Shown piece after piece: positions 37,471 to 49,812 of a stretch of DNA of 64,000 bases. The notes beneath the pieces were generated by a model. The model did no database searches, was not told where the DNA came from, and worked only from the letters and a program-made list of their open reading frames with translations. Each line of letters begins with the position of its first letter. The first letter of the stretch is position 1. This stretch comes from Phoronis australis (taxonomy: Eukaryota > Animalia > Phoronida): NCBI GenBank assembly GCA_002633005.1, contig NMRA01000259.1, positions 357,840 to 421,839 on the forward strand, given 5' to 3'. Both the position numbers and the translations under genes were made by a program.

Positions 37471-37696
37471 CTAAAAATAAAGCAATAAGAGTTATAAAAA
37501 CACATTGGACTTTTATGAACTTATGATGTAACGCTTAATCCAGTAGTGGCCTCTGGTGAAATTATTGTCCTCAACTCAGCGATGACAATATTTTGAAACT
37601 TAATGCTACATAGGTGAAAATCACGTTTTGCAAAACGTTTGGATTCGAGCTAACTATCATCAGCCCCTGTGTAGCGGTGTTGCCGGTATGGCGTAC

Positions 37697-37822
37697 CTGT
37701 TTCGCGATGGATCCATCGAATGTAGGCGCTCATTTTTGGAGAATCTAACAATTCTTTGAGAAACTGCCACAGATGAATTATCTGTTTCGTACGAACTGGT
37801 TTGCTGGTCACGCTTGGTGCGC
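37697..37822 (-). CDS. SPDEF: SPDEF-like exon, N-terminal part of the ETS domain
   Basis: IHLWQFLKELLDSPKMSAYIRWIHRETG; acceptor TTTTATTCCAG, donor ACAG|GTACGC; phase 1/1. Confidence 0.95.
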
Positions 37823-38454
37823 CTGGAATAAAAGTACATACGACTCTTACCAACTTGATTCTCAAATGTAAAAATCGTTTTCAGCGTCGCGTTGAAGCCA
37901 CGTTACAGAGGCCGTCTTCAAAATTAATTCTGGTACCGTTCGTGTGAGTCTTTTTTTTGTTTTTCCCGGAATATTAGGCCCGTTCATGATGGTTTGAAAA
38001 AAATTATTCGAGGGAATATACCTTAGAGACTGCGAATTTTTTGCACTCATGTAATGTATTTTCAAAATTCTGGTTATGTGATTAGTAGAGTAGAAATTTT
38101 CCGTAAAAATTCCGAGAAAAGACGCCCACGAACGAGGCTTCTATGAAGGATAATATCTTAGGTGACTGAAGCCATTCTATCCTGAAGGCCATTTCCGGTA
38201 ATGGTAAATTTTCTCTGTTTTCTCAAAATATTATCCGACTTTTGAATGACGACGGCTATCTGTCATCCGTTATGTGAAACTGGTTCTTTTCGTGGCATGG
38301 GATCGAAAATTGTTTGGTGCGCCCTTCACGTGTTTGCAGAGAGTAATTAGGTAGCAGGCCAACGAAGACTGTATTGAGAATGAAATAAAGCGAACAAAAA
38401 ATAATAAAATTTTATGTTGACGCTGACTAAACTGGTAATAGTTTAACTCATTAC

Positions 38455-38712
38455 CTAACTCGACCACAGTTTCTGATTCCGTGCTCAGGCTGCTTTCCAG
38501 GCTGCTATCACTTGGCGCTGGCGACGACACCGACCGGGACGCTTGTGGACGTTCAGATGGTTCATCGTTCGACCACGCCATGGCGCTAGTGGAGGAAGTA
38601 TCATCGAGGTTTAAAATGGTTGAACTTGAAGATTCTGAACATGCGTTCTGGCCCTTCAAGTCACACGAAAGCGGGCTCGTCGATTGCTGCTTTAAGGACG
38701 TCAGCGAAAATG
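38455..38712 (-). CDS. SPDEF: SPDEF-like Ser-rich linker exon
   Basis: 258 nt, open; acceptor TTTACAG, donor TTAG|GTAATG; phase 1/1 links the PNT and ETS exons in frame. Confidence 0.85.
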
Positions 38713-38902
38713 CTGTAAATTTAAAAGGCAATCCGGTGAACTTTCATAAAATGTAACTATATTCACATTTCATCCCCTTTCCAATGAGATTTCATTTAAT
38801 TCAGGCAATTGCTCTAACAGTACTGGAAGTTCTTGAAAATGGGAAAGGATGGCTGTGACAAATGTGTGAATCGGAACACAAAAATCGCATTCTTAAACCT
38901 AC

Positions 38903-39100
38903 CATTCCGCCACACGTCCAGCTGAGCGTGCAAAGTCGATCCGCATGCAGGGTCACGTGACAGAAATTCTTGCTCCCTCAGCCAACACAACTCCCAGCCA
39001 GTGAGCACAAACGATTTGGAGGCCTCCACAGGAAGATTGTATCGATGCAGCGTACTTCGAATCCACTGTTGGACATGTTCTATCGACCACATTGACGGAT
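38903..39100 (-). CDS. SPDEF: SPDEF-like PNT/SAM domain exon
   Basis: DPSMWSIEHVQQWI...FVLTGWELCWLREQEFLSRDPACGSTLHAQLDVWRN; acceptor ATTTTCAG, donor ATG|GTAGGT. Confidence 0.95.
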
Positions 39101-39661
39101 CTGAAAATACCAAGGTTAAATGAAATTCAGCGTCAAAATTTTGTTTACACCACATTGTATTCTTGGTTTTCAACAACTTAAATCAAAATTTCATTTATTC
39201 ATATTCTGTTCAGGCATGATAATATATTGCATCGTGTTTTCATAGTGTGCGGTTTGTTGTTCACAGGGTAGTCATTAGGGGCGTGCATTGCAATTTAGAT
39301 TTCAAACGTTCTGCTGTAAATGAGGCTGTAATTTAATTTGTTTTTTCCCACATTGGACTTTCATTGAGCTGTGACATCGATTGTTTAGAACTGTTTTTGA
39401 GTATTACAATAAATACAATATATTTTGCAAATAGGAATATCACTATATGATGTGGGCTTGCTATGGTTATACAACCTAGCCTGCATCACACTAAACTACT
39501 TGAAAGCAAACGTGTGGCAACAAATATTTGCAATTCATCACTAAAGCAGACTAAATCCGCTAGGTGTTTCGTCGCTATTTTTTCCAATGAGATATGCAAC
39601 AATACCTAACGCACATGGAGCCTTTGTATGTGAACCGCTGACTCTTAAAGCTCAATGTAAA

Positions 39662-39700
39662 AATGATGATGATAATAATAATAATAATGATAATGATGAC

Positions 39701-39733
<33 letters not shown>

Positions 39734-39773
39734 AATGATGATGATGATAATAATAATAATAATAATAATAATA
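39662..39773 (+). repeat. compound (GAT)n/(AAT)n microsatellite in a SPDEF intron
   Basis: Directly visible. Confidence 0.98.
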
Positions 39774-40686
39774 TTGCAAGGCTGTCAAGTAGGAGCAGTG
39801 GACGTGAGCATTTCGTGTGCGTAGTGATATGTTTAGTGTAAGCCAGGCAATGTGCATTTAAATCAGTAGTAATTGCTTCATGAAACGGTAAATAATTCCA
39901 ACTTATGAGGCCAAAATTACATAATTGGTTCTGGTCTGTGAGTGTTTTTTCACCTGATATGAGCTGAAGTGTTGCATGATATGTTTTCCCCGCTTCAGCG
40001 GCCCAGCTATACTCCAGTGTTGACATGGGAATGACTGCTGTTACTAGGCCTACTTGCACGAAATACCCATTATGCTTGAAAACGAGGTGTTGTGTCCAAA
40101 CTACAGTGGTTGCGCGTGTTTGGAATACGTCCGCTTTCACGTTTGCCGTTGTTAAAATGGATGCTAGAAATAGTGCCCTAAACAACAACGCGCAGCAATC
40201 ATTTAAGCAGGACCACCAAAATGCAGATATGGACTCTTCTTACCTGTTGGTTTTATAATAGGCGCTTACAACTGCGCCTGGACTTTAAGGACCGGTTATT
40301 TTGTTTAGGGAATCGGGGATAGAGATGGATGCCAGTGATAACCACTGCCCGTTCGTGAGAACATTCTCCCCCCCCCCTCCCCCCATTTTAGACGCTGCAG
40401 AGCATAAAAACTAAATCCGTCATTGGAATTGAACTTTTTCATTGTTTGAAGGCAAAATTGGTAAACTACAGCAATTAAAAGAGGAATAAGCGCATTGCAA
40501 GTGATGTTCTTTTGTTGAGAGGCTCGATGTCTATTCTATTGTGCATGCAACCCGTCTGAGCAACATAATCTGATGACATGACTTGAGTATAATACAGTTT
40601 ATGAGACAGTGAACTTACTCGAAAGAATACAACGAAATTTAGAGGTAGCGCCTCATGTCAAAATCGTTTTATGCTTTACAGGACGA

Positions 40687-40765
40687 TGTTAAGTTCGATT
40701 GAGTATTTTAAAGAATTCACCGTATTGTTAAGTTCCATTGAGTATTTTAAAGAATTCACCGGTAT
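40687..40765 (+). repeat. 39-bp tandem duplication
   Basis: tgttaagttc(g/c)attgagtattttaaagaattcaccg occurs twice. Confidence 0.9.
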
Positions 40766-40876
40766 CCAATATCAACCGAATTTAGTAAACCCAAAGTGTA
40801 GAAGTTAACCAGAACAAAAAATCTTTAAAATGTCCAACGAAGTGTTCTTGTTATAGTTGGATGTTTTGCAACTTAC

Positions 40877-41126
40877 CTCGCGGTATTCCTAAAGTTGTGC
40901 AAGTCCAGTCGATGTCCTTAATGACTTCCGAAAATGCCATGTCTTCGACCTGCAAAAGGTTGTCATGCGAGTAACTAGGAACTGCGTCCTTAATTCCCAA
41001 TGTGACATCACTTTCGCCGAGATATCCAAGGTTGCTCACATTGGCGTTGTTGTATAATCCATTGCAGGTGTAGCCTGCGTAGCAAGTTGAAAACGATGGA
41101 AGAGGTGCCGACGGATCCGGCTTCAT
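40877..41126 (-). CDS. SPDEF: SPDEF-like first coding exon (the exon probably begins at 41162)
   Basis: MKPDPSAP...EVIKDIDWTCTTLGIPR leads into the PNT exon, as in SPDEF 'EVLKDIETACKLLNI'. Donor GAG|GTAAGT; acceptor TTTTATTTTCTAAG at 41163. Confidence 0.85.
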
Positions 41127-42309
41127 GTTATTCTCACTGAAGACTGAATTCAGACACGGGACCTTAGAAAATAAAAGTTGAAAATAACATTAATTTGTTG
41201 TAATAAATCGAACAATTAGAACTCATGTGCAAGAGGTTATTATAAATAGGATCACATCAGAGCCAATGAAACGACGAACACTAACTTAAGCATAAATTAT
41301 TATTATTACCACGTAACTATTATCATAAAAGCTAATAAGTAATTCTTGATTCTGATTGAAACACTTTTAGAAAAAAATGTTCATTAACTAATTGAATGAA
41401 ATAGCATGCCTGTCGACGATCATGGAAAGAAAACTAAAATTTTAACACCAGTTACGACATCTGATTTTTAGTGGCGCTCTAATCGCAGAGAAGCAGTTTG
41501 TGGAGCGGGTCTCAGAGTTTGTACTCAGATTGCGGACTCTGGATTAACAACTCTAAGTGTGACTGAGAGGCACAAACCTATTGTCCTTACCCGCTCTTCC
41601 AGAGGCATGTCGATGAACATGTTAGCGTTTGAAGCACTGTCGCTGATTGTCACGCGATTTTCCAGCTTTACTCTGAAAAACATATCGGCTCCAGTGAACG
41701 ATTCTCGAAAACTTCATCACGCCATCTCTCCCGATACGTGTTGTTAATAACAAACACCAATACCCGATGTGTCGCTGTGAACACAGCCGTAGGTGTAATA
41801 CAGGTATACGGGTTACAAAAACTTCTTGCGTGTGTGAAGCAGCGCTAACGTTGAATGAATACAATTCGTAACAATAGGGCATGACAGATATAAATACGGG
41901 GAATGCATTTTTTATTACTGAATGCAACACGTTATTTATTTTGACGGGACAGTACATGACCTTATGCATTAATTATTGCAACAAACGAATCGGTGTTTGA
42001 ATCTGTTTTAGAATTCAGGAAAACGTAACTTTTCAAGACAGTTTACGAAAGCAGATATTGACAAAAGAATCGCCATTTTCCATCATAAAACCCAAGGTTT
42101 GTTAAGACTACTTTATTAAAAATATTTATTTTTGTATTCATTTTTAAGACAAGAACGTATTCAGCTCAATGATATTGATTTCAATGCATCCCTAAGTTGC
42201 GGTGGATTTCTCGCCCATCATGTGTACGCAGCTTTAGCGTGAAGGGCCCACGTTTGTTCAGATGCACGGGTATTACACCCGCATGTTAGTATTTTTTTTC
42301 ACTGTGATA

Positions 42310-43130
42310 TATATTTATTGAAGGATACACAGAACATACAAAGAAATAATAACAAACCCAGAAACCGCGAAGCATTATATCTGGGTTGTAAACAATTCAT
42401 AAATGAAACTTATATACATAGAGATATATACAATTAAGTAGTATCTAAAATAAGTATTCCAATACTTAGACATGCTATTACAGATATATAAAAACAAAAA
42501 TATTTACAGATTCATGTAGGGAAATCAGATGCAACAATATTGATAAACGGTATATAAAAATTTGCTAACGTTGCTTAGGAGGAATTCGTTAAGAACAAAG
42601 TCAAGGTTAGGACTACCATTCAGTAATAATGTAACTCTAGTAGGGATATTATTACAAGAATTGAGAGCGTTAACAATTGATTGGTTATCATTGAGTGCAC
42701 GAAAGAGTGAGTCTCTCAGGGATTCGATGAGGGGACATTTGAAGAAAATATGAGGATAAGATTGATGGTCACCACATTTACAGTTTGGAGATACATTACT
42801 AAAGTTGTGCCTGAACTTGTCAGAGTTGAGGAAAATGCCACATCTTGATCTGTACAATGCTATTTCGTTATCGCGGGTAAGGGAGAATTGAGTCAAGGGT
42901 GTTGAGTTATCAAAATTATGAAAAACAGTTCTAAAATCATTTTTTATACTCGTAAAAGAGTTGCTTTCCTTAACAGAGACTGGAAGAGAATTCCAGTTGT
43001 TGAAGCACATCATGACTGTAGACCTTCTGAATGCCTGACTGAGCGACGGAGGAATTGCATATGGGGTGGAGAATCTCAAATCACTACGATGGCCTTGTCT
43101 AATATATAGATCAAATATTTTTTGACAGAC
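42310..43130 (-). mobile_element. 5'-truncated CR1/L2-group LINE 3' fragment (ORF2 C-terminus)
   Basis: An uninterrupted frame reads 'NNWNSLP...LNSDKFRHN..SPNCKCG....HIFFKCP....RDSLF...LLLNG'. It is followed by an AT-rich 3' UTR and AATAAA near 42315. Confidence 0.85.
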
Positions 43131-44152
43131 ACGTTGTTGACATTGTTTATTACCTTGAAAGTAAATGTGCATGTTAGTATTTAGAAGCAAAACAATGGAA
43201 GGCTTTCTCAGACGGTCGAGATAGGTGTGCAGAGGCAAGAGAAAATTTTTTAACAAAAAATGGTGTCGACAAAACAGTTTAGCGTATTTAACATTTATGT
43301 TTTCAGTCGAAATTGAAATTTTCAAATATCAAAACGGATCGTTTGTTTGAGAAATTAGATTCGAGAAAATAGTCGACCCATATGGTAGGATGATGAGTTA
43401 GAATTCTCCTAAATGTTTCTCAGTAATCCATACCCTACTACAAATATGGAAACCTGCAAGAGAAACTAACAAAAAAAAGGAAAGTTAGGAACCGCAGTTA
43501 CTGAAAAATATTCCCAATGGCAGGAAAAAATCCCAAAGGGTTTCGGAAAATGAAAAAATCTAGTATACGCCATACTTGAAGTGCTCGTTGCCGTCTGTTA
43601 AACTCACTGCAAGGAAGACCATAATAACTCTGGAGGCACACTACGTTTGCTGAAAATCATAGCTTTGCTATGATTGTTGAATGGGGTAGAATTGTTGCAG
43701 TAAACTCAGTATTCAAATGCCTCAAGGAGTACTCTGACCGAAATGAACGCCTTGCTTTCAATGACGCAGCGTCTGACAGTTAATTGCTTTGATTTCACTG
43801 GCCCCATAGGTCAGGTCAAACAAATGCTATCTGCAGTAAACAAATAAGCAGCCAAATAAATAGAACTGAAACCAGTGTTATTCTACACCTAAAACACGCA
43901 CTGTACCTAATTATCCATTAGCGCGTTGATATATCAAAATATCTACATAATTGTTAATTGCCATTAGGGACATTTGAATCCAATGTCACATTTTTCTTTG
44001 ATCATTGAACAGCCTTAATTATGTATACGATAATTCTGAACTTATTGTGCACAAATGTAATTGCCGACAATAGCTAGTGTTTTTCCAATGAATTGTCGAG
44101 GGTTGGGCTCCCATGTGAAAAGAATAGATTTTTTAATTATATCAAAGCAGTT

Positions 44153-47100
44153 CTATTTTCTGTCTCCAAGCCACACAAGACTTAGATAAATTGAAAAATT
44201 TGTATATTTTTAACATCAATTGATATGGACCTAATAATGAAGAGCCAATTAAAAAAATGCAATAGACAAAATACATAGGGTAGATCAAAATTTGTTGTTC
44301 TTTATGATGACTTAAATGTAGTCTGCGATTATGATTCTGACTATTTATATATGTGCAACATTAAAATCCAAACTCGAACTTAGAGATTAAAAATCTGAAA
44401 AATTTACTTAATGTAGTCGACTCATTATGAGGAGCAAATCCACGAGAAAAAAGTTTTACGAGTTTTAAAAAATCGTTGAAGAATTCTATAGACTGGATCT
44501 CTTTATTATAAGAGAAGAATTTATATGCATGTTGAGGGGAGATAATCCGGGGTCATTTCAGTATTTTTTTATTTTTAAAAGCAACAACTTTAATACGGGT
44601 TACGGGGTTTTTTGACGCTTTAATAAGAGAGGCGATAAGAACGTTTCTAAAGTTAAAACGCTGTCGATAGTAAATATGCAACTGCTCCTTATAACAAAGA
44701 CCGTTTCGCTCAAGCATTGCATTCTTGGCGTTGTGTTAAATACCATAAAAACATGACAGTACTTTTTTGCTATGAAAAATAAACAAAAACAAAAAAGTCG
44801 AGAGGAATTAATCAAAAATATAAAACTTCTTCAAGTTTCATTTAAGTAAATAAAATGTATATTAGCTCTTGGCTAAAGCATGTTTCTAATTTTATTGAAT
44901 TTTATCCTCTCTATAAATAAGGTTTATTATTATTATTGATATTGTTACTCTTATTGTTACTGTTACTGTTGCTGTTTTTGTTAGTAAATGAAATGCTGAA
45001 TTAGAACGAAGCAGAGGAAGTTACGTAAGAGATTTAATCCTTCGCTCCCATTGTAAATGGAAAGAAAAGGATGAGAAATTTACTAAATGCATTTGCAAAT
45101 TAGAAAAAATGTTAAATCAACAACTACTTAAATAATTAAAACATCTGGCGAAATTTCGAGATATCGTAATGAAATTTTGAGTTAAAATATTTTACAAGAT
45201 TGTTTTCTTCCGGAAATCATTTGATAATTAGGACTTTGAAAACTTTAAACTTTAAGAAGATTAATGACTTGGACCGGGAAATATTAGTTTACAGGAAACA
45301 AAGATAGCTTTAAAAAGGATGAAAATGATAAAATCCTCGAAAGTGATAGTTTTTCTGTTTAATTCTGTAAATATTTGGAGCGAGATTTCTTCAATTTTTT
45401 ATTTAGATTATTAAAATGAAGTTTAAGGTTAAGTCTCTTTCTAATTCACAGCTCCGCGGGGTTATTAAAGAAATACCAAATAAGCCAATAAGCACCGGGA
45501 ATTTGTTAAAATCACGCCTTTTTCTTCGTTAAACGTTAATTATCAAGCTTTATCCTCACTTTTAGCAAAGGCTAAACGGTCTAGAAAAAGTCATTCAGTC
45601 ACATCAAACTAGTTTTTAGATGGACGATTTTTTTATGAAAATTCTAGAATTTTGTATAATATTATGCATTACAGTAAATGTGAGAACCTTCTAGGTCAAG
45701 AAACAATTATAAATAGTCGATGGTGAAAAAGCATTTAACTCTTGGAATAATATATTAATTAAAAATTTCTAAATGTACGTTATAAAAAATGGGTTGAACG
45801 TGGATGTAAACATGGGGAACTCAATCTCTCCATATTCTATAGTTTGTGTTACGTGTTGAAAACTTTTGGAAATCGAGAAGTTAAAATTCTCCAGTATGCT
45901 GATGACAACACCGCTGTATCTGGTGATTCAGTGAAAAATCACTCAAAAAATGTAACTTCAATGTGGATCAAGCCACAAAGTTCTCTGGTCTCGATTCTTC
46001 TGTATCTGGAAATGATTCCCCCAAGTTTACAAAAAAAAATTAAACGTCTCAAATTGTTTTTCAACATAACGAATTAAATTTTAATGTCGAGCTGGGTAAA
46101 ATGACTGGTTTAAACTTTGACTCAAAATTAATCGAGATTCAGAATTCCATGTGTTCCTGGTCCAGGCAATCTTTCAGTAAGTATTCTAAATTTAGTGTCG
46201 AAAAATCAGCGTTGCTTCCGAGGATTGCACACATTTTCTAAACTCTTACTTCGTTCAATGATATATTTATTAAGAGGAAAATCTTTTCTTTGAATTTTAT
46301 GGAGTCACAAAAGGATGAAAGTGCAAGAAAAAAGGTTCAGGCGTACAAAATTTGTGGTTTAAATCAGATTCGTAATTAATGCTTTGTAAAATCCGTTAAA
46401 GTAACACGGATTAAAAAATTGTGAGATTCACTGGCGGATTAAGATGGGGGGCCAAGGGAGCCATGGCCCCCTCTAAAATTCGCCCAGACTCCATTTGGCA
46501 GTTGGGGGTGCGAATGTCCGACGGACAAAATCCTGGCTAATACTCTGTTCGAGCCCCCGCCCCCCACCCTGGGTGCGCGCATGAATTTACATTTCTAAAC
46601 AAATTTGAGAAAAAAACGTTTTACATATATTGAGTTACTCATGAAGAATAATCTTAAGTCAATGTCTACCACACAACGTAGTCTGAAATTGTAATAGCAT
46701 AGTTTTGAAATATTTTTAAATGAAAACATTCTATTACCGGCCATTCTTCCCTTTTGAACGATTCTTAAACAAAATTTAAATGAAGCCGGAATGCATAAGT
46801 CAAAACACAATTTCAAAAACCTGAAGCATTCGATAAGTGAGTGGTTAATTTGGAGGTCACTGTACCGATGAGCGAGGAGAAAATAATTTATCAAAACTGT
46901 ACATTTTGTACAAATAATATACGTTTAAGATGAATACAAACCAAAATTACCAATAGCTTTAACCACAAATCTATTCTAAGACGCACTGACATTTCTCAAT
47001 CAAATATGCGTAGCTTTCGTGAAAAGAAACCGGAGCGCATTTAATCCTTTTTTGGTGGAGTCCAATTGTAAATACCGAATGAATTAGCTCAAGAAACATT

Positions 47101-47350
47101 AGTCTCTCACTGAATAGAAAATAACATTGTCAAAAGTGAAGATTCCGATGAAACTTTTATTTTGTTTTACTGGCAAAACCTATTTATTAAAGAAAACTAA
47201 AAAGTGAACTTCTTTATTTTCAAGTTTTTAAAAATGATTTGAAAATGTTTTATGTGGATGGAAAAATAGAATTACCGCTATAAATAAAAGATGCTGGATT
47301 TCAACAAAAGCAGACGGACTTTTACTCCTCCAAAACACGAACTGGATACT
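44153..47350 (+). mobile_element. heavily decayed L1/Tx1-clade LINE (endonuclease + RT)
   Basis: Ordered motifs: IFCLQ(A)T (44155), *YGPN (44222), RLDLF (44490), ILRSHCKWKEKDEKFTK...LEK (45036), KILQYADDNT (45885). There are many stops and frameshifts. Confidence 0.85.
46429..46583. mobile_element. chimeric MITE (CAGTGGCGGATT-type left end, CATG-type right end)
   Basis: cactggcggattaagatggggggcc...ccctgggtgcgcgcatg, inserted in the LINE. Confidence 0.7.
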
Positions 47351-49664
47351 CAGAAAAAAAAGACTAATGTGTATGTGAAGTGCTTGCATGCGTGCACTGC
47401 ACAATAATTCCACCAACATGGCTGCCAGTCATTTTGTTGACTGTTGTGCTACCCATCGAGTAGAGTTTATCTCTACTGGCAAAGCGTCGGACAGCGACCG
47501 GCAGTGAGTTCGAATCCGAGTGCTATTCTCAAACAAGAGCACTTTCTCACAGGTAATATGTAACTGAAGAGCTTTTCCAATAAAGTTAAATCCAATACCA
47601 GTGAAGCGTAGACATATACTGCGCCTGTCAACAGAAATCGGAATTATTGCGAGGTGACGTTATTGTTATCGAAGTTCCGCAAGGCGGCGATATGTGACCT
47701 ACACCTGTTGCTTTAAACCTTGCCCTACTTTTCATAGTTGGAGTTTCATACATACCAATCCATGTCTGTGCAGTGCTACGCTGTAGCGCTAGTGCTACGT
47801 ATGTTATGTATTTGTTACGCTACTTTGCCGAAGTTGGCAATAAATTTCTCAAACCCTCGTTTTCATTTTTACTAGCGATCTCTATTGGGTGTCGAAATAA
47901 TCTTAATCAGATTTGTGTCAAATAACTGAAAACCCCCTTCGCCGTTCTTCACAACCGGCTCAGGTAGATTAACGAGATTTATGAGATTATACGATGTATT
48001 TAAGCAATCTGTATTTTTAGTTGTTGCAATGGTTTTCTATGTTTTAAAAACATTGCTATGGTTACAGCAAACTGGTGTACAGTATGGGAACCCTTCTCCA
48101 GTGTCACAACAGTGACCCCTGGCGATAACTTCAATCGAGAGTGGGTAAGTTGAGCGTTCGAAACGGCGACTTGTCGACGCTTCGCTGTTCATCATTCTGT
48201 TTACAGGGAAGTGAACTTGAGCTATTGACTTCGATCCAAGATCGAATGTTGACCGTTTCCACTGATCGACGTTGCCCGATGCGTCAATGTCAGTGGGACA
48301 AAAGACCTGAGTGTGTAATACGTTCGTCAAATCAAGAAGTGACTGCTTGTTGTTTACTCAAGAATGCTGTTCATAATCAGCTAGGCGTGATGTACGTGCA
48401 TATTTCTTCAAATGTACCCAAAAATTATCCACTTGATTGGAATATAGTCCTCACTTCAGCTCTCAAAAATTGTCCGGAACATTGGACGTCCTCTACGGGT
48501 AGCCGTTGATGCACTTACTTTTGATATGCTGAAGTGTACAAACACATTCGTCGTGCCGATCCTTGGCAGATAATATGATGGAATATCCCAGTCTGGTAAT
48601 TACCTCCTCAGTTTTACTGTGACGCGATGTTATTTCCCTTGTTTAAGATTATGTACGACCCTGGAAAATGTCCAAATTTGGCTGACTTCTTGATCTATTG
48701 GCACTCTTCGCGGATGTATGATATTTCACCGCTATTTGTTAAATATATAAACGAGTTTTAAAAAAACTCGATTTAAGAAGCGACATAAATAGCTCTTAGT
48801 AAAGGAGCATACTACAAAAATTAATTCACAGTAAGTGAAGTGGCCTTTGATCACACGAACGTTATGTCGAGTCTTTTGTTAATTTGGACAATGAACAGAC
48901 GATAAGCTCCGCCCACGGTTAACCTAATATTATTGGACCGCTTTTTTAACCAGAAAACGTCAACAATCCTATTGTTACTGCTTGACATACTGTATGCATG
49001 AAAGGCATAGGTTCTTGAGTGACAGAACTGTTCAATTTTCGCGTAACAGCGCTGCAGCCTGAACAAGTGTATTTATCGCCGTTCGTATTTTTGACAAACC
49101 AGTTGTGGGCGTTGGCTTTTTATGTCACCGGTCGAGCAATTTAAAAATTTGCTTTAATAAGTCATCATCGCCTCAAAAAATCCAGTGCAAGAATTTTTCG
49201 TTTCAATCTCTTTCGAGTCACTTATTGGCAGTTAAAGTTAGAAGAATTGTCGCCATTTTCTGTCGCGGAGTAAAGTGCAACTGAACAAAACCGAAGCGAA
49301 ACATTTTTCCAATTATACTTTTTAAATGCATAATGTAGAATTATTGGTGTTGAGTCCATAGGGCGCTAGAAAGCATTATTTCTGGGCGTCAAAATATCGC
49401 ATGTATTTATCAACATTCACAGAAGAATACAAATGTTTATATCATACATTTGTGAGTATATCGGCATCAAATTTCATGGAGACAAGTTTCGTTGAACACG
49501 GCGTTCCATTCGCTTTAGCTGCATTAAATATACATATACAAATGCAACAATAATTTCAATGATATGTACACAATTGTAATTATAAATATAAAAATAGATA
49601 ATACAAGTTCTTTGAACTTTTCTCGACAAAGTAGCCATATGTTAAAATAAAGAAAAATATTGAT

Positions 49665-49778
49665 TATATATATGTCTGTATATATGTATGTATGTGTGTA
49701 TGTATGTATGTATGTGTGTATGTGTGTGTGTGTGTGTGTGTGTGTTTGTGTGTATGGATGTATGTATGTATGTATGTA

Positions 49779-49812
<34 letters not shown>
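49665..49812 (+). repeat. (TATG)n/(TG)n microsatellite
   Basis: Directly visible. Confidence 0.98.

Noticed and set aside
39652-40188. 178-aa ORF with a signal-peptide-like start nested in a SPDEF intron
   Set aside because: It has a non-ATG start, no recognisable domain, and its length is inflated by the microsatellite.
47440-47530. tRNA gene (B-box GAGTTCGAATCC)
   Set aside because: No convincing cloverleaf or acceptor stem; at most a SINE relic.
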